31,620 bases of DNA from Candidatus Micrarchaeota archaeon (GTDB lineage: Archaea > Micrarchaeota > Micrarchaeia > Anstonellales > Bilamarchaeaceae): assembly GCA_038046765.1 (NCBI GenBank), contig JBBSVN010000020.1:1-31620 (forward strand), read 5' to 3'. The notes under the pieces were generated by a model. The model did no database searches. It had not been told where the DNA came from and saw nothing but the letters and a program-made list of their open reading frames with translations. A program made the translations under genes and the position numbers. Positions 1-8,278 of this stretch are shown one piece after another; position 1 is the first letter of the stretch; every line of letters begins with the position of its first letter.

Positions 1-93
1 GCTCATAGCCAGCCTAAGAAAAGCATTAGGATTTAAGTACTTTCGGAAGTACTGGTTAAAAAACATTAATATACATATTAATACACGACTTCT

Positions 94-1935
94 ATGATTC
101 AGACTTATGATTTTCCAGCTAAAGCTAGATGGCGAGAGTGGATGGCAACACAAATAAAACAAACAAAGTTACGTGTAGCGCCAGCTTTTAGGCGAACACT
201 TGTTTTAGATCCTCAATTGTTAGAAGTAGAAATGCTTGAAGGATTAGGTTATAAACCAAAAAATATTTTAGTTGTAGAACGAGATCCTAAAGTTTTTGCA
301 GATTTACAAGAGCGAAACGAAGATCGCAAAAGAAAAGGTAAGGAACAAGTTGTTTTAGAAAACGCTGATCTTGAAGATTTATTTGTCGATATTATATTGG
401 GAAAGAAAAAGCACGGACCTTTTGAACATGTTTCGCTGGATATGCTTTGTCAGTTTTCGGATGCTTATCACGATTTATTATCTTTAATTTCAGCTGGCGG
501 ACTCTTAGCATCAGATTCAATATTTATTTCTAATTTGCAGGCTAAAAGGGAATCTACTTATGTTTTGGAAAGATATGATAAAGCTAATGTATTTCATGGT
601 CTTGCAGATAGTATAATTAAATTAAATGGCGCTCCATTGGAAGATCATAGACAAATTGTTCGAGAAACTTTATATATTCCAAGCGAAATTGAAAAGAGAA
701 AGATCGAAAGTCTAGATATAAAAGATATTAGATTCCTTAGTCGAATTGTTATGGAAATTGATCTTATTTCCACTTTTACTAATACCCTAAGATCCGGTTC
801 ATTCTTAATTAAATTTAGAAACTTTCTTTTACGCAACGGGTATTTTGCATGGGGTATTGAAAAGCTTGTTGAAAAACCCCAAAATAAAGAAGAAATAATG
901 TCATATTTTAGTGCAGAAGCAAAAATGCTACGAAGCAGATTTCAAGCAATTATAGAAGCTCAAAGACAAGCTGTAGGTGTGCTAAATCTTTTTACTGGTG
1001 TGCTTGAGCGTATATACTCTGGAGATTTTGTACCAAAAACCTGCGGGTTGTACTATTATAATTCTGTATCAAGAACCCCTATGTTAAGTGCATTTTCTCA
1101 TTTTACATACAACTCATATCGTCTTTCTTTAAATGATACTCGTTCAATTGAAGCATGGACTTTTGAGGGTTTGTATCGTTTCTACAATATCGATAAGCTA
1201 GGTTTTGGTGAACTTCCTAAACCATCTGGTAGGGAATATAGCCACGAAGTAAAAGTATTGTTAAAGGAAATAAAAAGAACCACGTTACTAAGACACGCGA
1301 TTAAAACTCAAGCAATCGCTTCAATAATATTTGATAATTGCGTAGAGGAACCCGTTTGCGAGGAATCTGCACAATCAGCTGTACAAATTGTTGCCACACA
1401 ACCACCAGAAACTGTTCTTGTTATTCAAGAACCGATAAAAACCAAATCTATTCTCACAACAAAAGAACAAGTTTACGAAGCGTTTAGCGAACACTTAGAT
1501 TGGAGCGTAAAGGAATTACAAGAACATTTTGATACACGTGCATTTACTACGGGTCAATTAGGCGCGTATCGCGCTTGGGTTACCATGCGCTCAACTGAAC
1601 TGAAAAATGGAAACGGATCTGCTAAATCAAAACCCGAATCGCTTGATCCCAAAACAAGAGATAAAATTCTCGAAGCTATACGAACGGGTTTATCAACCGA
1701 AGAAATTGTTAGTAAGTTTGAGGTTACAACTGGACAAGTTGGTGCGATAAGAGCGCATGCAACAATGAAAAGTTACGGTCCTGAAGTTGAGATCGAAGTT
1801 GCAGATGTAAAATTCTTTGGAACTGATAGGACAGAACTTGAAAGAAAAATTCGCGTGCTTCTTGCAAGGTACCAATATCCTGAAGATATTCCTGATGAAA
1901 AACTGATTGAAAGAGGGATAAGAAGAGTTTATTAA
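94..1935 (+). CDS. Hypothetical 613-aa protein: N-terminal SAM-methyltransferase-like region plus two C-terminal HTH-like repeats
   Basis: Long ORF. TLVLDP...ILVVERD...NADL...FEHVSLDM follows the strand order of a class I MTase fold. The motif TTGQxGAxRAxxTMxS occurs twice near the C-terminus. Confidence 0.55.
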   Translation: MIQTYDFPAKARWREWMATQIKQTKLRVAPAFRRTLVLDPQLLEVEMLEGLGYKPKNILVVERDPKVFADLQERNEDRKRKGKEQVVLENADLEDLFVDIILGKKKHGPFEHVSLDMLCQFSDAYHDLLSLISAGGLLASDSIFISNLQAKRESTYVLERYDKANVFHGLADSIIKLNGAPLEDHRQIVRETLYIPSEIEKRKIESLDIKDIRFLSRIVMEIDLISTFTNTLRSGSFLIKFRNFLLRNGYFAWGIEKLVEKPQNKEEIMSYFSAEAKMLRSRFQAIIEAQRQAVGVLNLFTGVLERIYSGDFVPKTCGLYYYNSVSRTPMLSAFSHFTYNSYRLSLNDTRSIEAWTFEGLYRFYNIDKLGFGELPKPSGREYSHEVKVLLKEIKRTTLLRHAIKTQAIASIIFDNCVEEPVCEESAQSAVQIVATQPPETVLVIQEPIKTKSILTTKEQVYEAFSEHLDWSVKELQEHFDTRAFTTGQLGAYRAWVTMRSTELKNGNGSAKSKPESLDPKTRDKILEAIRTGLSTEEIVSKFEVTTGQVGAIRAHATMKSYGPEVEIEVADVKFFGTDRTELERKIRVLLARYQYPEDIPDEKLIERGIRRVY

Positions 1936-1946
1936 TGTTTTTTACT

Positions 1947-1988
1947 TTGAACATTTATCGCCCTTTTTGTTCATTCTAGTGAACATTT
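1947..1988. repeat. Left copy of 42-bp direct repeat flanking the AAA ATPase gene
   Basis: ttgaacatttatcgccctttttgttcattctagtgaacattt is 38/42 identical to 3274-3315 and contains the palindrome TGTTCA-N6-TGAACA at 1968-1985. Confidence 0.9.
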
Positions 1989-1993
1989 ATAAA
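1986..1993 (+). promoter_or_regulatory. TATA box of the AAA ATPase gene
   Basis: TTTATAAA ends 22 nt before ATG 2015, the same spacing as other promoters in the window. Confidence 0.7.
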
Positions 1994-2014
1994 TATACTT
2001 CAACTAATATAATT

Positions 2015-3241
2015 ATGGTAGAAACACTAGAATTTATTAAAAATGCAATGCTTGAAAGCGAGGAAAAAGTTATTTCATATTCACGCCCTCAAAAAAGAGA
2101 CCTTTATGGAATCATTAAATTAAAGCCGAATCTAAAAGTAATTTATGGTCTTCGCGGTGGAGGAAAGACAACTCTATTGTTCCAAAGATACCTGGATTAT
2201 GAAAAGGGAAAACGTGTTTATTTTTCAGGAGATGAGCTTGTACTTTTAAAAATCTCAATTTATGAAATTTTCAAAAACTTAAAATACGCAATGGATTTAG
2301 GTAAAGATTCTGCCGTTTTTATTGATGAAATCACAAAAGTTCCAAACTGGGCCGAAGAAATAAAAATTGCATACGATTCCAATCCAAATTTACAAATTTA
2401 TATATCAGGTTCTTCTACAATCGATTTAGTACAATCAAAATCCGCATTAGCCAGGCGTGCTAGTTATCATCATCTTTTACCTATGACTTTTAGAGAATAT
2501 GTAAAATTAACAAGAAACATTGAACTTGAAAAATTCGATCTTTTTAGTGGGGATGTTTATACTCAAATCATACGTTACGACATATATTTGAAACAAAAGA
2601 TAAGTAATCCAATGGAATTATTCCATGAATATATGTCAAAGAGCCACCCATTTCTATTGGAGGCAAATCAGGATATGATTTTTGATCTTGTTGAAAAAAT
2701 AATATATGAAGATATTGCAAAATTAAATTCCTTTGATAGTTCTATATTAGAAAAATTTGAACGGCTTATTTTGGTCTTAGCCATGTCAGAAAAAACAACA
2801 TACGAAAACCTTGCAACTGATCTGCAGGTGTCTAAGGCAGTTATTGGCCAAATGCTTCGAGCATTAATTCAAAGTGGTTTAATAAAACAAGTCTTACCAT
2901 ATGGCAGCGGAAGAGTTGTCGGAAGAAAAAGTTGGAGGTATCTTTTTGTAGTTCCAGCAATTAGAGAACTTTATATGAAAAAAGGAGGCGCCGAAGCTTC
3001 TAAGATTTCTGGTTATATAAAAGAAGATGTATTTGCATCTCATTTAGATGAAATATTTTACCTTGATACTGGGCCAGATTTTATGTATAAGAATATTCAT
3101 TTTGAAGTTGGGGGGAAGAACAAAACCTTTGAGCAACTGGAGGGAGAGAAAAAAGGGTTCATCGTGTATGATGGATTTGAAGTTATCAAAAAGGATAATC
3201 TGATAAAGTTCCCATTTTATATTTTTCTAGCTCATTTATAG
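2015..3241 (+). CDS. AAA+ ATPase, AAA_14/DUF4143 (COG1373-like), with wHTH and C-terminal PD-(D/E)XK-like domain
   Basis: Walker A GLRGGGKT, Walker B VFIDE, SGSS, PMTFREY, HTH-like YENLATDLQVSKAVIGQML, and PDF...FEVGGK. Start moved from TTG 1967 to ATG 2015 using the TATA position. Confidence 0.9.
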   Translation: MVETLEFIKNAMLESEEKVISYSRPQKRDLYGIIKLKPNLKVIYGLRGGGKTTLLFQRYLDYEKGKRVYFSGDELVLLKISIYEIFKNLKYAMDLGKDSAVFIDEITKVPNWAEEIKIAYDSNPNLQIYISGSSTIDLVQSKSALARRASYHHLLPMTFREYVKLTRNIELEKFDLFSGDVYTQIIRYDIYLKQKISNPMELFHEYMSKSHPFLLEANQDMIFDLVEKIIYEDIAKLNSFDSSILEKFERLILVLAMSEKTTYENLATDLQVSKAVIGQMLRALIQSGLIKQVLPYGSGRVVGRKSWRYLFVVPAIRELYMKKGGAEASKISGYIKEDVFASHLDEIFYLDTGPDFMYKNIHFEVGGKNKTFEQLEGEKKGFIVYDGFEVIKKDNLIKFPFYIFLAHL

Positions 3242-3273
3242 TATCTAGTTTGTTCTGTTATTTGTTCACCAGA

Positions 3274-3315
3274 TTGAACATTTAAGGCCTTTTTTGTTCA
3301 TTCTAATGAACATTT
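3274..3315. repeat. Right copy of 42-bp direct repeat flanking the AAA ATPase gene
   Basis: ttgaacatttaaggccttttttgttcattctaatgaacattt. TGTTCA-N6-TGAACA palindromes lie at 3263-3280 and 3295-3312. Confidence 0.9.
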
Positions 3316-3822
3316 CTTACTTTCTTCTAATAGAAACTGCATGCAATCATCAAGCTTACCCTTCTTTTTATTCCATATTTCTACGATTTCTTTGTACGCT
3401 TTCATGTGTTTCTGGTATTCTGCAATTTTTACAGTTGGCTTTTGAATTCTAAATAATAAATTCGAAACGCTTGGGCAAAGTGGTCTTGGAATCAGTTCGC
3501 CTTCTGTACTTTTATATGGGTACATTCTGCAGCCTAAAGGCGCAAATTCGTGAATTGTACATCTATTGTCGCTGCCTAAAAAAGTACAAGGATAAGATTT
3601 TAGTGCCAAAACATATTCGCAAGGATATTTATCATCTTCTTTGACAAAACATTCTAGAACGGTATCATTATCTGTGTTTAATATGTTTGAATAAACTAAT
3701 GAGCAGAATTCTTCTGGTTTTTTGTTTGTATTCTGCATTATTCGTAAAATGTCAAAACTAGTTACAGTAATTAAATATCCTTTACAGCATTTGGCAGTAC
3801 AGAGCGAACAGGGGGAGACCAT
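3298..3822 (-). CDS. YkgJ-family cysteine-cluster protein (CxxCxxxCC, putative Fe-S/Zn)
   Basis: CSLCTAKCC at the N-terminus and PCTFL...CTIH..APLGCRMYPY. Confidence 0.85.
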   Translation of the reverse strand: MVSPCSLCTAKCCKGYLITVTSFDILRIMQNTNKKPEEFCSLVYSNILNTDNDTVLECFVKEDDKYPCEYVLALKSYPCTFLGSDNRCTIHEFAPLGCRMYPYKSTEGELIPRPLCPSVSNLLFRIQKPTVKIAEYQKHMKAYKEIVEIWNKKKGKLDDCMQFLLEESKKCSLE

Positions 3823-3825
3823 AAA

Positions 3826-3987
3826 CTAGCCACATAATTCGATTACTTCTTTTATATTTTCAAGAACTTCTGTTAGCGTCTCTCCTTGAGTATAGCAACC
3901 TTTAAGATTCGGAACTTCTGCAACAAACATTCCGTCCTCATCTTCTTCTATTATTACTGTAAAATTATTTACCTTTATTTTATCCAT
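3826..3987 (-). CDS. HicB-family (UPF0150) antitoxin-like protein, 53 aa; absent from the ORF track
   Basis: Hand translation MDKIKVNNFTVIIEEDEDGMFVAEVPNLKGCYTQGETLTEVLENIKEVIELCG* has the typical VP-L-GC-TQGET motif. AGGTA lies upstream. Confidence 0.85.
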   Translation of the reverse strand: MDKIKVNNFTVIIEEDEDGMFVAEVPNLKGCYTQGETLTEVLENIKEVIELCG

Positions 3988-4030
3988 AACTACCTATGTC
4001 TTCGCTTGTTTTTAATCTTTCTCAAGTTGT

Positions 4031-5044
4031 TTATTCTTTTTCGATTTCTTCTGCAATCGCAGCTAATGCTGGAACAAGTTCTTTTCGCGTAGTTTTTAAT
4101 TCGCTTAATTTTGCTCGTAATTCTTTAAGTTTTTGCTCTAATCTAATTGCAACTAATTCTTCTGCATCTTTTGGCTTTATTTTTTCTGGTTTTGGATTTC
4201 GTAATTTTCGATTAATTAACGAATATGCTAGTCCAGCTCCTGCAGCTGTTAATCCAACAGTTACCGATTGCGCAGCTGCTAATATTACACCGACTGTTCC
4301 AATGAGCGTACCTACGCTATCAGTTATCATAATTGGTAAGCGCGTTTTAGGTTTTTCAAGTTCAGCTAATTCCACTCTTTCTCGGTTAATTAGTGCGGTT
4401 TCTCGACTAATAATTTCTTGTTTTTGATTCGTATCTGGTATTTCTATACCTTTTAGAATTAACGATTTAACTAGTTTGGTAATATCTAAAAAATGAGTGT
4501 CACTGACATTTGATGCCACCTGAGCATCTGAAATAAAACTATGCCACGGTCTCCTGAAAAGAGTTATGGTGGTGCAACCATCATTGTTTTGTTTGCCTAA
4601 TCGTTTTCCATTTTCGAAATTCTTGTTAAACCAAGCTAAGGCATGCACCAGTATGTCTTTATTTAAGTTACTCCGTTCTATTTTGATAGGTTCATTCATT
4701 GCCATCATATCATAAACTTCTTCAGCACGAATCCTTGCATGTCTTACTAATTCTTTGGATGGAATAATACCTAGATTTTTACACATTTCAAAAAAATCAG
4801 AAATTGGTTGATCAATCATTTCAGTTCTCTTATTTTTTCCACCTTCTTTTAAAATCTGCAGATCCCCTTCTAATGCTCTGATTTCTTTTTTGATTTGATT
4901 AATTTCCCTTATAATACTATTATAAGCAGATAAAACAATTCTTCTACTTCCAAATTCATCTTCTACACTAGGAAGTTTTGTTTTAAGTGAACGTGCTAAT
5001 TCTTTGCCTGTTCTTCCAGAAGTTAATAATCGTTGAGCGGTCAT
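4031..5044 (-). CDS. Hypothetical coiled-coil protein with a hydrophobic Gly/Ala-rich segment
   Basis: Long ORF. ATG 5044 lies 23 nt from TTTATAAA (5067-5074). Heptad-rich helices flank LIGTVGVILAAAQSVTVGLTAAGAGLAYSLI. Confidence 0.7.
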   Translation of the reverse strand: MTAQRLLTSGRTGKELARSLKTKLPSVEDEFGSRRIVLSAYNSIIREINQIKKEIRALEGDLQILKEGGKNKRTEMIDQPISDFFEMCKNLGIIPSKELVRHARIRAEEVYDMMAMNEPIKIERSNLNKDILVHALAWFNKNFENGKRLGKQNNDGCTTITLFRRPWHSFISDAQVASNVSDTHFLDITKLVKSLILKGIEIPDTNQKQEIISRETALINRERVELAELEKPKTRLPIMITDSVGTLIGTVGVILAAAQSVTVGLTAAGAGLAYSLINRKLRNPKPEKIKPKDAEELVAIRLEQKLKELRAKLSELKTTRKELVPALAAIAEEIEKE

Positions 5045-5128
5045 AGGTTTATTATGATAAAAAGTGTTTATAAATGTATGTTTTAGTGTGGAACTAAAGC
5101 TTTTTAATCTATGCAACCATAAACATAT

Positions 5129-5350
5129 ATGTTGATGTCTATGATTCGAACAACTATACTAATTAGAGAGGATATATACGACGCCCTTATTCGTATGTTT
5201 GGCAAAAAGAACTTGTCTAAAGGTGTTAATGAGTCCTTATTACAGCACTTATTTAAGGAAAATAAAAAAAAGAGCATGTTCGGTGCAGACCCGTGGCTCA
5301 AAGATTCAGATTTAAGCGATTTGAGGGATCATGATGAGCATAACTTTTGA
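5129..5350 (+). CDS. Putative antitoxin (VapB-type partner of the PIN toxin)
   Basis: Small ORF overlapping the PIN gene, with an RHH-like RTTILIREDIY start and SMFGAD...DLRD end. The start could be 5129, 5135 or 5141. Confidence 0.75.
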   Translation: MLMSMIRTTILIREDIYDALIRMFGKKNLSKGVNESLLQHLFKENKKKSMFGADPWLKDSDLSDLRDHDEHNF

Positions 5351-5702
5351 TAGCTGGGCATGGATAGAATATTTTAAAGGAGATAAAAAAGGCACAATAC
5401 CAAAGAGGTACATTGAAGGTAATGATCAGATTTATACTCCTTCTATTTCGCTAATGGAAATAAAAGCAAAGTATATTCATGAAGGAAAGCCTTATCAGGA
5501 CAGAATAAAATTTATAGAAGAAAGAAGTAGTATTATTAATATCGATAAAGAAATTTCTCTAGAGGCTGCCACTCTTAAGGCAAGTGAAGGATTGCCGTCC
5601 ATAGACGCCTTAATATATGGCTGCTCTAAAAAGGTCAAGACAAATCTTTTAACTGGAGATACCCACTTTAAAGAAAAGAAAAATATAGAGTTCTTGGAAT
5701 AA
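5331..5702 (+). CDS. vapC: PIN-domain ribonuclease toxin (VapC family)
   Basis: FDSWAWIEY, SLMEI, IDALIY, LLTGDTHF: the acidic catalytic set is intact. Confidence 0.9.
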   Translation: MMSITFDSWAWIEYFKGDKKGTIPKRYIEGNDQIYTPSISLMEIKAKYIHEGKPYQDRIKFIEERSSIINIDKEISLEAATLKASEGLPSIDALIYGCSKKVKTNLLTGDTHFKEKKNIEFLE

Positions 5703-5717
5703 CTTAAATCCGCAATC

Positions 5718-6743
5718 TCATCGAAACAACCTTGAATCTCGTCTTAATGGTCTTAGTACTTCTCCGCTAAGTGAATGTATACTCGCTAGTTTATCCGCTT
5801 CTTCTGGAAGTATTGCTGCACATAAATCCGCTTCGATTAAAGGCGGTGGATACGCGTAATCTGGATTTATTGCGCAAATTGAATAAATTGTATTAGTAAT
5901 GTCGCTAAGATCTGTTTGCTCGTTTACTTGTTTCGCATTATAATATTCAATCCTTAATGGAAATTCCTGTGAATTGCACTTAATATAAAACACGCAAACT
6001 TTTTCGCTAGCGCCTTCCAAATCTTTTAGTGCAGGGGTTAAAGTAGTAGAATACTTCATTGTAAACGTTCTTTCTCCTTTTTTAAGCAGAGTATCAAGAA
6101 ACATCGTGTCATTAGTACCATTTACGTTGTAAAGATCGACAAACTTTTTTGACCTTGTGTCTTTGATAACTCCAAATAACAAAATTTCCTTTTCACTACA
6201 AAGCGAGAATAATTTTTTATAAATTTCAATAACTTCTAAATAAAGCGAATAAAGTTCGCTTTCTTTATTTGGTTTATCGCTGGGTATTGGTAAAAGCGAG
6301 CCGTCAATTAGAAGAACCTTTGGATTAAATTTAATTATGGAATCGATCGCAGTAGTAAGCTCGTACTTAAGTCTAACTAAAGACTTAAACAAATTCGCTT
6401 CGTGATCATCTAGTCCTGTTTTAAATTCAAGAACGATATTTGGGAATCTACTGGGCAAGTAGCTATGTGCAATGAGCTTTGAGTTTTCATAAATAAAATT
6501 AACTGCAACGCTTTTTACCATTACAATATCAACGCCGTGCATGTGTTGGTCAATAAATCCGGAATCTACTGCGCAAACTGAATTGTTTACGCGTAATTTT
6601 GAAAGAGAAAACGTTAGCTGTTTTTCGATCACTGCTTCATCATCTGGTATTTTAAGAGTTGAACGTATCTCATCTGAAACTTTGCTTAAACTGTTCTTAT
6701 GCTCTTTGATGTGCGAAGAAAGAGTGTATAATTTTTCTAACAT
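5718..6743 (-). CDS. nurA: NurA-family 5'-3' nuclease (DNA double-strand-break repair)
   Basis: CAVDSG, LLIDGSL, GVIKDTRS and YPPPLIEAD motifs. Alternative ATG at 6749. Confidence 0.85.
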   Translation of the reverse strand: MLEKLYTLSSHIKEHKNSLSKVSDEIRSTLKIPDDEAVIEKQLTFSLSKLRVNNSVCAVDSGFIDQHMHGVDIVMVKSVAVNFIYENSKLIAHSYLPSRFPNIVLEFKTGLDDHEANLFKSLVRLKYELTTAIDSIIKFNPKVLLIDGSLLPIPSDKPNKESELYSLYLEVIEIYKKLFSLCSEKEILLFGVIKDTRSKKFVDLYNVNGTNDTMFLDTLLKKGERTFTMKYSTTLTPALKDLEGASEKVCVFYIKCNSQEFPLRIEYYNAKQVNEQTDLSDITNTIYSICAINPDYAYPPPLIEADLCAAILPEEADKLASIHSLSGEVLRPLRRDSRLFR

Positions 6744-6789
6744 GCACATAATAGCGGGGTTTAAAATTATAATTGTAGGTGATTTACTT

Positions 6790-7245
6790 ATGAAACAAAA
6801 AATCTCTTTAGGCCAAGCAGAAGTAACTGATGTTGTAATGCCCGGACAAACAAATCATTACGGGAATTTCTTTGGTGGATTATTAGTTGCACAGATGGAT
6901 AAAACAGCTGGAATTGCTGCAACAAGATACTGTCAAACCGATAACGTTACTGCAAGTATTGGAAAAATTGTATTTACTAAACCAGTTCGGCTAGGTGAAG
7001 TTGTTGTTACGCATGCTCGGGTTACTTATGTTGGTAAAACTTCGATGTTACTTAAAGTAACTGCTCACTCTGAAAATCCAAAAGGCGAGAGAAAAGAAGT
7101 AGTCGAAAGCGCGTACATGGTTTTTGTTGCAATTGAAAAAAATGGAAAACCAAAATCTGTTCCAGAACCGGTTTTAGAAACAAAAGAAGAAAGAGAATTA
7201 TTCGAAGAAGGGCGAATGATAAAAGAAACGATGCTTAAGGATTAG
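6790..7245 (+). CDS. Acyl-CoA thioesterase (HotDog fold, YciA-like)
   Basis: VMPGQTNHYGNFFGG, MDKTAG, VTAS, VGKTSM. GGTGA SD at 6778-6782 supports ATG 6790 over 6541. Confidence 0.9.
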   Translation: MKQKISLGQAEVTDVVMPGQTNHYGNFFGGLLVAQMDKTAGIAATRYCQTDNVTASIGKIVFTKPVRLGEVVVTHARVTYVGKTSMLLKVTAHSENPKGERKEVVESAYMVFVAIEKNGKPKSVPEPVLETKEERELFEEGRMIKETMLKD

Positions 7246-7700
7246 TTTGTATCTACCATATCTGTATTTTCTTTGATTACATATAGTTTAGATTGTCCAT
7301 TTTCGTTAATATTAATCATTAAATTTGAATAACAGTTCTTAGAATCATCCCTTTGAGGGATTTTAGAAATGCCCACACATTCAATGTCCTCCGGGCTAAT
7401 TTCTCTCAATCTTTTAAAAAGATTGGATATTGATTTCTGATCATTGGCATCGATGTAGTATGTTTCATCAAAATTTCTTGGATCGTTACTGCAAACACCT
7501 GTTGCGTATACTTTCACTCCAATCTCTTTTAATAATCGAACTAAATTTTTTATTGTCCCGCCCATTTTTCTTGCACATAATGGAGGAGTAATAAATGGAT
7601 TGTCTGACCGATTCGGGTTAGTATAATGTTTAGCAACGACTCCTAGGTCAGCTAATAAAACCCCAGTCATAAATACTCCATAAATCTTTCTAAAACGCAT
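7242..7700 (-). CDS. Hypothetical membrane-anchored or secreted protein
   Basis: Basic N-terminus followed by a hydrophobic stretch. TTTATAAA lies at 7723-7730. Confidence 0.7.
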   Translation of the reverse strand: MRFRKIYGVFMTGVLLADLGVVAKHYTNPNRSDNPFITPPLCARKMGGTIKNLVRLLKEIGVKVYATGVCSNDPRNFDETYYIDANDQKSISNLFKRLREISPEDIECVGISKIPQRDDSKNCYSNLMININENGQSKLYVIKENTDMVDTN

Positions 7701-7780
7701 ATCTTTATAATAAGTACAACTATTTATAAAACCATTCTTTAATGTAAATTCGCACTTAATTGCTTACCAACTATGAAAAA

Positions 7781-8197
7781 TTAATTTCTGCTGGTAAACT
7801 CCCATCTAAACAATTGGTTTTCTTGTGTATCGTCTCTTCCAGTTGCAGTATTGGCTGTTACTGTAATTGCACTAAAACAACCTAATTCATCATTTGCGTT
7901 AAATACAAATACCATTAGGCTTGGATACTTCGAGATCTCGCGCAATATCTGATCAATCATAGTGCATTTTTCTACATCTACAATCGTTACCTTGTCAAAA
8001 CCTGAATTATTTTCGCTACCAACTAGACTATCTTGAACATTGAAAATTAGTTTGCTTTTTTGCCCTAGTTTCTCCTCTATCCTTTTCATTTTATCTGTTT
8101 GTATGTTCTCGCAAATAACTGGCGCGTTTAATTTTGCTCTAGCTGTTCGGTCTATTTGTTGTGCCCTCTCGATTCCAAAAGCAGCACCAAGTATCAT
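7781..8197 (-). CDS. Hypothetical protein, probable distant paralog of 7242-7700
   Basis: Shared motif order (PxxC, FD, LREIS, CxS). The start is uncertain; the frame stays open up to about 8230. Confidence 0.65.
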   Translation of the reverse strand: MILGAAFGIERAQQIDRTARAKLNAPVICENIQTDKMKRIEEKLGQKSKLIFNVQDSLVGSENNSGFDKVTIVDVEKCTMIDQILREISKYPSLMVFVFNANDELGCFSAITVTANTATGRDDTQENQLFRWEFTSRN

Positions 8198-8278
8198 TAC
8201 ACCATAAGTAAGACTTCCAAAAAAATATATTTATTAGCTAATATTTATAAAAACATCATTTATAACAAAATAAGTAAA

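Noticed and set aside
36..53. Inverted repeat AGTACTT-tcgg-AAGTACT upstream of the first gene
   Set aside because: A possible operator between divergent promoters, but a single 7-bp occurrence at the window edge with no corroboration.
1936..3315. IS element or transposon interpretation of the repeat-flanked gene
   Set aside because: The enclosed gene is not a recognisable transposase, and 42-bp imperfect direct repeats are too long for a target-site duplication.
6541..6789. 83-aa N-terminal extension of the thioesterase in the ORF track
   Set aside because: It is antisense to nurA; HotDog homology and the GGTGA SD point to ATG 6790.
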